The notes below the pieces were generated by a model. It was not told where the DNA came from. It searched no databases and was given only the letters and a program-made list of their open reading frames with translations. Both the position numbers and the translations under genes were made by a program. Below are positions 22,823 to 31,089 of a DNA stretch of 31,089 nucleotides, piece by piece. Source of the DNA: Chiloscyllium plagiosum (Eukaryota); contig NC_057719.1 in the NCBI RefSeq assembly GCF_004010195.1, positions 59,127,703 through 59,158,791 on the forward strand, in the 5' to 3' direction. Within the stretch, counting starts at the first letter, position 1. Every line of letters begins with the position of its first letter.

Positions 22823-25682
22823 ATACAGTGAAAAACAGCAAGTGTGTAACTCTTTAATTATATTCCACCACCAGGAAGAAAGAAAACATCCGAGTGGCCA
22901 GTGACAAGCAATGCCCTTCTCAGAGGGCAGTGCTGCCTGGTCAAACAGTGAAGGGGAGGGCAGGGATTAAATCAAAATAGAGTTGGAGGGTTCCTGTTCT
23001 TTTTTTTTCTTTTTTTTCCTGTTTTTTTTTCTTTCCCCCCACACTACCGCCTAACTGCGGTAGTGCTTATTTTTCCCCAGCACCCATGTTGTGTGTGTGT
23101 GCAGGTGTGAGACACAGTGACAGACAAAAGGTGCACGAACCTTTATTCAATTTCCACCACCAGGAAGATAGGAAAACCCGAGTGGCCAGTGACAAGCAGT
23201 GCCCTTCACATCAAAGGGCAACGTTGTGTGATCAAACAGTGAAGGGGAAGGCAGGGGTTAAATCAAAATGGGGTTGGAGGGTTCCTGTTCTTTTTTTTAT
23301 TCAGAGTGAACAAGATTTCTGACAGTCCTGTTCTGTTTTTTTCCCCACACTGCCGCCTAACCGCGGTAGTGCTTATTTTCTCCCCAGTACCCATGCTGTA
23401 TGTGTGCAGGTGTGAGACACAATGGGAGACACAAGGTGCACAAATCTTTATTCAGTTTCCACCACCAGAAAGAAAAGAAACACCCGAGTGGCCAGTGACA
23501 AGCAGTGCCCTTCACATCAAAGGGCAATGCTGTGTGATCAAACAGTGAGGGGTTAAATCAAAAATCAAAATGGAGTTGGAGGGTTCCTGTTCTTTTTTTT
23601 TCCTTTTTTATTTTTTTCACACTGGCTGTGGGCCAGCCAGTCCCAGAATCAGTTCCCCCTTCTCCTGAAGCAATCAAGAGAGTCCTTGAATACTAGTCCA
23701 GCTCCCTCAGAGCCAGAATGAACAGAATCTCTGACAATCCTGTCTTTTTTTACTAAGTCACCTTTTATTTACATGTGGAGAGTCCTTGACACTGATCCAG
23801 CTCCCTCAGAGCCAGATCTCAGAATGAACAGAATGCCTGATGCTCCTGTTTTTTTTATTTACCCACACTACCGCCTAACTGCGGTAGTGCTTATTTTTAC
23901 CCCAGCTCCCATGTTGTGTGTCCACAGGTGTGAGACTCAGTGAGAGACACAAGGTGCACATATCTTTATTCAAATTTCCACCACCAGGAAGATAGGAAAA
24001 CACCCGGGTGGCCAGTGACAAGCAGTGCCCTTTACATCAAAGGGCAATGCTGTGTGATCAAACAGCGAAGGGGAGGGCAGGGGTTAAATCAAAATGGAGT
24101 TGGAAGGTTCCTGTTCTTTTTTTTTCTATTTTTTTCCCATCACCCAGTCACCCTCTATTTACATGTGGAGTTTCCTTGACACTGATCCAGTTCCCTAAGA
24201 GCCAGCTCTCAGAGTGAACAGAACGTCTGACACTCTTGTTTATTTTTTAATTTTTTTTAAATTTTTTTTGTGTAGGTGTGAGACACAGTGAAAGACACAA
24301 GGTGCACATATCTTTATTCAGTTTCCACCACCAGGAAGAAAGGAAACACCCAAGTGGCCAGTGACAAGCAGTGCCCTTCACATCAAAGGGCAATGTTGCA
24401 TGATCAAACAGTGAAGGGGAGGGCAGGGGTTAAATCAAAATAGAGTTGGAGGGTTCCTGTTCTTTTTTTTCTTTATTTTTTTTCTAATTTATTTTAATGC
24501 TGTGTGGACACTCCTGTTTCTTTTTTTTCTTTTTTCTTATTTTTCTTTCTCTTCTTTGTTTTAACCCCCACACTACCGCCTAACTGCAGTAGTGCTTATT
24601 TTTCCCCAGCACCCATGGTGTGTGTGTGCAGGTGTGAGATGCAGTGAGAGACACAAGGTGCACAAATCTTTATTCAATTTCCACCACCAGGCAGATAGGA
24701 AAACACCCGAGTGGCCAGTGACTAGCAGTGCCCTTCACTGTGATCAAACAGTGAAGGGGAGGGCAGGGATTAAATCAAAATAGAGTTGGAGGGTTCTTGT
24801 TCTTTTTTTTTCTTTCTTTTTTTTAAATTTTATTTTAACCCCCACACTACCACCTAAGTGCGGTAGTGATTATTTTATCCCCAGCACCCATGGTGTGTGT
24901 GCACAAGTGTGAGACACAGTGAGAGACACAAAGTGCACGAATCTTTATTCAAATTCCACCACCAGGAAGATAGGAAAACACCCGGGTGGCCAGTGACAAA
25001 CACTGCCCTTCACATCAAAGGGCAGTGCTGTGTGATCAAAAACAGTGAGGGGGAGGGTAGGGACTAAATCAAAATAGAGTTGGAGGGTTCTTGTTCTTTT
25101 TTTTTTATTATTTTTTTTTCTTATTTAACCCCCACACTACCACCTAAGTGCGGTAGTGCTTATTTTATCCCCAGCACCCATGGTGTGTGTGTGCAGGTGT
25201 GAGACACAGTGGAAGACACAAAGTGCACCAATCTTTATTCAATTTCCACCACCAGGAAGATAGGAAAAACACCCGGGTGGCCAGTGACAAGCACTGCCCT
25301 TCACATCAAAGGGCAGTGTTGTGTGATCAAAACAGTGAAGGGGAGGGCAGGGATTAAATCAAAATAGAGTTGGAGGGTTCTTGTTCTTTTTTTTTTCTTT
25401 TTTTTTCTTTCTTTCTTTTAAATTTTATTTTAACCCCCACACTACCACCTAAGTGCAGTAGTGCTTATTTTATCCCCAGCACCCATGGTGTGTGTGTGCA
25501 GGTGTGAGACACAGTGGAAGACACAAAGTGCACCACTCTTTATTCAATTTCCACCACCAGGAAGATAGGAAAAACACCCGGGTGGCCAGTGACAAGCACT
25601 GCCCTTCACATCAAAGGGCAGTGTTGTGTGATCAAAACAGTGAGGGGGAGGGTAGGGACTAAATCAAAATAGAGTTGGAGGG
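22823..25682 (-). mobile_element. Head-to-tail array of nine ~250-bp polyadenylated retroposon units (L1/Tx1-like 3' end) interleaved with LTR fragments
   Basis: Units at ~22823-22990, 23035-23281, 23343-23583, 23861-24107, 24270-24453, 24563-24793, 24837-25087, 25127-25377 and 25432-25682. On the minus strand each starts GAACA(G/A)GAA-CCCTCCAAC (PSNSILI* in most copies) and carries AATAAA. Full units end in a terminal hairpin and a variable A-tail. Confidence 0.93.
23676..24240 (-). repeat. Three divergent copies of the LTR downstream (R-like) segment, each ending in an A-tail
   Basis: At 23676-23743, 23752-23850 and 24136-24240: (a)aca(g/a)ga..tcag..ttctgttca.tctg..ggctct.aggga.ctgga..agt..caagga. 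Shorter pieces at 23301-23333 and 24507-24520. Confidence 0.9.
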
Positions 25683-25795
25683 TTCTTGTTCTTATCTGTC
25701 AGGCAGGACTCCCTGATTGGAACAGCTTAACAGCCCCAATTAAGAAACTCATATTCTATGAGGTCCACCTGGCTGACCTTGTTACAATCACTACA
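25683..25795 (-). mobile_element. 5' half (U3) of an LTR, probably Gypsy-type; host of the array
   Basis: Minus strand starts TGTAGTGATTGTAAC at 25795, contains CCAATC (25715-25720) and GATAAGAACAAGA at the TATA position. It joins colinearly, through AACA(G/A)GA, with the segments at 23752-23850 and 24136-24240. Confidence 0.75.
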
Positions 25796-27279
25796 GTTCC
25801 CATTAACCATTGATCACACTCAGTGATAGTGTTTCATTGTCCTTATTCATATGTAATGTTCAGTTGTATGCAAATATGCTGGGACAGAAAATGGGGCTGT
25901 GATTTGAATTCAGAAAAACCGCACAATTTTTCAAGCCCATTTTGGATACATTTTCCTGATTTCACTCAAAGCAAAGCCTCAATGCAGACTAGTTTAAAAA
26001 CTGTGCAAAGTAGATAGCAGCATGTTCTATTTTTTAAGCCATTTCCTCTCTCAGGATAAAAGTACAGAATGACTTCCTTCTTTATGAAGAGTTGCAAATC
26101 ATGTTGGTTCAGTGACCTTGTCAGTTTCTCTATTAGATAAATTAAATGAATCACAAATATTATAATATTCTACTTCTTTTAAACCAAAAAGCTACAAAAA
26201 GGCAACATTTGTCATTAAACTGGCAAGCAAGTAGCAAGGAATAAAACACAAGGTTGGACAAGTGCAGGTAATGTCACCATGAGCACCAAATGCATTTCTC
26301 CATGTAATCAGCTCTTAAATTTGCACAAGGGAGCAAAAAGACAAATGTCAGTAACTAGTGCACGAGCACTGAAAACAAACTAACTTCGAAACAAAACATT
26401 AGGAAGCATTTCTGATCAACTTGAAAATAAGGGCATTCACTCTTATCTATAAAGTAAGTCTTGTTGACAGACAAATCAGGAATTTGATCTCTATCAGTAT
26501 GTGGATTACAGCAGCTGATTTCAATGTTCTCTACAGGACAATGCTTATAGGAAGCTGAAATGATGTCATAAGGCTGACCAAGCAACCAATCACATAAAAA
26601 TCCTGAAATAAAAATGATGAAAAAATTGTAAGAAAATCAAGTTAAAATCTACCATTCAATCATTTCATCATTTCAAATCATAACATCATTTCACAAAGGT
26701 ATGATTGCTTTTCAGGGGTCAGGTTTATAGTTCATGAAATTTCCTAATTAGGCCTGATTGTACAAGGTTTAATTTTTGAACTGTTTCAAATTACCTTGAG
26801 GAGGCAGCAAAATTTAAATTCTCACTGATTTCTGTTGTTGTCAGCTCTTGGAGAAGCTATGGTGAGCCAGTGTTGGAATTAGTAACAATCTGCAATTTCT
26901 AAACTAAATGAACATACTTGACATTTGGGAGTGATAGTCAGTTTAGGAGCAGCAATGGCAGTGAAGAGCAACCATTCACCTTCAGCAGCAACACCACACC
27001 CTGTACACCACACCGTCAGAAAACCAGACCAAAACCTTACCTTTCATCCCCTAATACTCTACCCAACATATCACTCAGATTACACATGCCACCATCATGT
27101 CCCTTCCAATGTTCCTCAGATCTCCTGTGGTGCCCTCAGATCTGCAATGTTACTTTCATGACCTCTCATACCACACTGTGCTCCTTCGTGTTCTGATACC
27201 ACACCCATATTGCCTCATATCCTCTACATCATTTCTATTTCCTTCATAAATCTTCCACTCGCTGATTATCTGATATGTA

Positions 27280-27490
27280 GAATATCATAGAGTCATACAA
27301 TAATGCAGAGGCTCTTTGGCCCACTTAGTCTACAATGACTAAACTACTATAAATCTACATCAGTCCCACTTTCTAGCACTTGGCCCATAGCCTGGAAAGT
27401 TATAAAGGTTGAAGTGCTCATCCAAATACTTTTTAAAGCTGTGACATTTTCTGCCTCAACCATTCTGCCAGGCAGTGAAATCCAATTCCT
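27280..27490 (-). mobile_element. CR1 3' terminal fragment
   Basis: atcatagagtcatac..ttggccc..cacttggcccatagcc..gtgctcatccaaatactttttaaa..ggcagtg is the reverse complement of the CR1 C-terminus and tail. Confidence 0.8.
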
Positions 27491-28074
27491 GCCAATTTGA
27501 TTGTCTCCATCACTGAGAAACTAGATGGCATAAATTCTCAACATGGTGTAAATCATAGCAGGAAGCTGGAGGCTGCAACTCACTGAACATTTGTTTTTTT
27601 TGTCTGACCATCATGTATAAGCTTGTTCAAAACAAGATCACTACATGCTTCATGGCCACCATCCTCCTCCAAGTACATTCACTCATGTAGGTTAGCTATG
27701 GCAACCTACCAGTCTCACCACCTCATCATGTCTGCTCATGGACTAACTTAGATACCATTTCAGCTCTTCAACACTTTACTTTAGACCTCAGGGCCATCTA
27801 AGACTTGCACGCTTCTGCCGCTCAGTCATTTGCACTTACTTAGAGGCTGACCAGACTCTATTGCCTTCATACTGCTTTCATTAGATACACTTACTGACTT
27901 TGGCACTGATTTATGAGCTACCAACCTCAAAGTTGCTTACATTGCTGTCCGAGTGCACAGAGATTTTTAATGCTTACTGCCAATTTCTGTGGTTTACTTT
28001 TTTTTAATGCAGAGGCACAGGCAAGCAGTGTGTCATAGTGTTGAGCATTGAACAATCAAGGGAAGTGGTCCAAA

Positions 28075-28825
28075 AATTTGCAGACAGAATTAAATGTCAG
28101 TATGTTTGAGCTGGTACATTTTATGAAGAATAATTATATCTTCAATGTGGTGAAATTGCTGTAGGAAAGCTGAAGAATATGACAGTTCAGATTAATAAAA
28201 AGTTAAAGGTTATATTTCTGATTAGTAAAGCAACATGCACATGAAATATTAGAGTTTTAGCAAGTTGTATAGAAGTCAGAAGTTGAGAGAAAATAATGAA
28301 CCTATGTAATACCACAAAAAGCTAGAGTTTGAGTATGGTGTGCAATTTGGGTTCTACATTACTGGGAAAAAAACTAAAGTCATGGAGAGAGTTTAGGCTT
28401 ATCAGGATTTTATGTGATATGTGGAAAATGAAGATTTCAGAAATTGTGGCTGCTTTCCTTGAAACATTGATTATAGGGTAATTTGAATAATAAAAGGTTG
28501 GTATAAACTGACAAGAAAAAAGAAGACTTTCCGGTTATTGAGATGTCTGGAGGGGAAAAATGAGATTTGCTTAAAAATAAGAAATTCATGACATAGGGTA
28601 GAAGAAATTTTTTTCCCTCCACGCACAGCAATTTGTGAGGCTAGGGAGCACTAACTACTAAGGCTGGTGTGTGAAGTAGATTGTCAACATTTAAAATTAT
28701 GTTAATAGAAGCTGGAATAAAGGGATACCAGAATAGAATTGGCATATAGAATAGGAACAACGGCCTGTGTCAGGATAAACTAGACTAGTTGAGCTGAATG
28801 GCTTCTTTTTCATACTGTACTTCCA
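28075..28825 (+). mobile_element. Ancient CR1 3' fragment
   Basis: ELVHF (~28108), EYGVQF (~28331), MERV (~28382) and tail ttgagctgaatggcttcttt..ctgta (~28790-28820). Confidence 0.7.
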
Positions 28826-28845
28826 GGTAGTTTAACATTGTGGAG

Positions 28846-29079
28846 AAAAGCAAATTACTGCGGATGCTGGAATCTGAAACCCAAAAGAAAAAATGCTGGA
28901 AAATCTCAGCAGGTCTGGCAGCATCTGAAAGGAGAGAAAAGAGCTGACATTTCGAGTCTAACTGACCCTTCGTCAAAGCAGCTTTGACAAAGGGTCAGTT
29001 CGACTCGAAATGTCAGCTCTTTTCTCTCCTTACAGATGCTGTCAGACCTGCTGAGATTTTCCAGCATTTTCTCTTTTGG
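28846..29079. mobile_element. Fold-back Penelope pLTR element (99-bp inverted arms, 1-nt spacer)
   Basis: 28881-28979 is the reverse complement of 28981-29079 with about 5 mismatches. Imperfect TSD taacat(tg)tggag at ~28833 and ~29080. Confidence 0.92.
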
Positions 29080-29439
29080 TAACATGGAGTCTCTTAAAAT
29101 GACATATTTAAAGATAATACATCATCCAAATTAATAAAAATATTGGAAATGGTTTTAGATTTCCTCATATATTTCACAATCTATCTCATAATCCATCTCA
29201 TATTATGTTTCCCACAATATTGAAGAAACATATACAATCTCAATGCAACAATAAAAGCACTTAGATATTGTTTGGCAAATATAATCTATCTGCCTAGATC
29301 ATAATTCTGGGTCTAATGAATTTCAGACTTCATAACCAATAGCTGTGTGGGAAGGTTAATATTGTTAAAGTACAATACTCATATGATGGACAATTCTTTT
29401 ACTCACATCAATGCCACAAGTCCCAAAGATAGAGAGGAA

Positions 29440-30231
29440 ACTTACAGATTTACATATTTAAAGTTCTTATGGTCTAGAAGTTGCCATAATAGAAAATAAT
29501 GAAATAAATAATGAATTTGCATAAATAATTAAATAAAATTGTAAGATAGTGTTTGATTCAAGGATAACAAAAAAATCAAATGAATCTATTTATTGCAACT
29601 GATGATCTTACAGCAATGTTACCAAAACATTTGTATTTCAGCTGACAAATATCTTTACAAGATTTATTGGTTTATTATTTCACTTATTAAGGAAGTGTCA
29701 CACAAATCTCTGATCAGTTTAAATGCTTTGAAAATCTTTATATGCAGTACATTGTCATTATAAATAAGATGTCTTGTATCATACTAATTTGATTGCAGCA
29801 TTAACATCTATGATCAACACTTCAAGATTTTGAAAAATGTAAATTCAAAAAATCTGCTTAAACTTTAATACTATTCAGGGGGAAATGTTTAGATTGAGAG
29901 GTTCTTGCAGCCAACCCAAACTGCAAGTTGTGCAACTTGTAGGACTAAGGACTACAAATTAACTTGTCTATTCTGTTCTTGTGTGGCTTAGAGATACATT
30001 ATATGCCCCTAGCCATTTCCTGCAGTCCTGTGTGATGCGAAAGCAGAATTATGATATATGATAATGTGTTCCCTGTGTGAATCAGAAAAGCCTGACCAAG
30101 CTCAACATCACAGTCACACCATCTGATGCGAGCTCAGGATCATGAACCTTATGTATAAAGTTCAGACAACAAACTTGTACACCCATTACCAAAGATCAGG
30201 CATGAACTTGTAAATATGTAAATCTGTAAGT
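29440..30231. repeat. 21-bp perfect (about 28-bp imperfect) inverted repeat pair 750 bp apart
   Basis: acttacagatttacatattta(aagttc) at 29440-29466 and (gaacttg)taaatatgtaaatctgtaagt at 30204-30231. Confidence 0.8.
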
Positions 30232-30439
30232 ATGACCTTAACTAGTACAAATTAAGTAAGGCCACATCAGAGGTTGCAGGTGAGATGGTTTGCAAAACTT
30301 TTATAATGAACTGGCAGGATTTCTTGGCTAGGATTCTTCGAGAGGTATTTTCTGCCAGTTTGGAATATCTTTGATTGTCTCAGGTTGTAGTATTTGTGGT
30401 TTGGAGTGACTTGCTAATAACTGAACTGCATCAGTGTTG

Positions 30440-30555
30440 GAGTCATAGAGACATGCAACGTGGAAACAGACCTTTAGCACAACTCATCCATGCCGGCCAG
30501 GTTTCCTAACCTGAATTATTCCTATTTGCCTGCATTTGGCCCCTATCCCACTAAA
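30440..30555 (-). mobile_element. CR1 3' tail fragment (same subfamily as 16720)
   Basis: agtcatagagacatgcaacgtggaaacagacc..catccatgccg.ccag matches 16719-16780. Confidence 0.85.
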
Positions 30556-30755
30556 TAAGACCATAAGACCATAAGACATAGGAGTGGAAGTAAGGCCATT
30601 CGGCCCATCGAGTCCACTCCGCCATTCAATCATGGCTGATGCGCATTTCAGCTCCACTTACCAGCGTTCCCCCCGTAGCCCTTAATTCCTCTAGACAACA
30701 AGAATCTATCAATCTCAGCCTTGAAGACATTTAGCGTCCCGGCTTCCACTGCACT
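30556..30755 (-). mobile_element. Young CR1 3' fragment with (TTATGGTC)n tail
   Basis: ORF 30648-30896(-) contains SAVEAGTLNVFKAEIDRFLLSRGIKGYGGNAGKWS. Tail taagaccataagaccataagacata; CpGs retained. Confidence 0.92.
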
Positions 30756-31039
30756 AATTATTACTGGGGGTATTACTGGGGGTGGATTGTAGTTTAAAAT
30801 AAAAACAAATAAATATTCATGTTGATTTTGGTGGTGGGGAGGGCATTCATTTGTGTATGATGACACTTCTGTGTAGAGAAAAAATAGGAAAAACAACCAG
30901 CCTTCAGGTCAATGGGATCCAATAAACTTCCTCTTGAGAACGGACACTTCCCTTTCTGATTGGGAACTCAGTGAAAGCTGACGTCCTCTCCCATCTCCTC
31001 AGTGTTGACCGTCCACAAGGAACCAGTTTGACAGAATCC

Positions 31040-31040
<1 letters not shown>

Positions 31041-31075
<35 letters not shown>
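31041..31075. repeat. 35-nt poly-C homopolymer
   Basis: Uninterrupted C run seen directly in the sequence. Confidence 0.9.
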
Positions 31076-31076
<1 letters not shown>

Positions 31077-31089
31077 CCTCCGGAAAGCC

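Noticed and set aside
23086..24783. Repeated plus-strand ORFs (..FNFHHQEDRK..) as a peptide gene family
   Set aside because: They are antisense to the polyadenylated unit and frameshift differently in each copy.
22823..25691. CRISPR array or ordinary satellite
   Set aside because: The long parts are the repeated ones, the short junction is only ~9 bp, there are no cas genes and the context is vertebrate. Variable A-tails and interleaved LTR pieces do not fit a simple satellite, although some local duplication (units 8 and 9) is not excluded.
26355..26603. Minus-strand open frame after a good acceptor (..FLCDWLLGQPYDIIS..)
   Set aside because: No recognisable homology, weak donor, and phase does not join the next candidate exon.
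26800..28070. Decayed transposon or gene in the C/A-rich region (ORFs 26918-27196)
   Set aside because: Low-complexity composition explains the ORFs; no diagnostic motif apart from the CR1 tail at 27280.

Overview
Eukaryotic, repeat-dense intronic/intergenic DNA. The repeat content (CR1/HER1-type LINEs, L2, Deu-domain SINEs, Penelope-like elements with hammerhead motifs, Gypsy-like LTRs) points to a cartilaginous fish (shark); this is an inference from memory of those families. No intact protein-coding gene can be established. Nearly all long ORFs are decayed retroelement pieces or their off-frames, and only a weak chain of minus-strand candidate exons is visible. The standout structure is a ~2.9 kb array at 22.8-25.7 kb. 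It contains nine head-to-tail ~250 bp polyadenylated units, all minus strand with an identical 5' junction, which resemble the last codons plus 3' UTR of an L1/Tx1-clade LINE. They are stacked at one site just downstream of the CCAAT/TATA-like region of an LTR and are interleaved with polyadenylated, mutually divergent pieces of that LTR's downstream sequence. The pattern suggests a non-autonomous, sequence-specific retroposon that targets an LTR promoter and grows in a polarised, chronological way. Other items: fold-back Penelope pLTR hairpins, a stacked CR1 3'-tail array, two inverted-repeat-bounded candidate MITEs and several nested insertions with visible TSDs.
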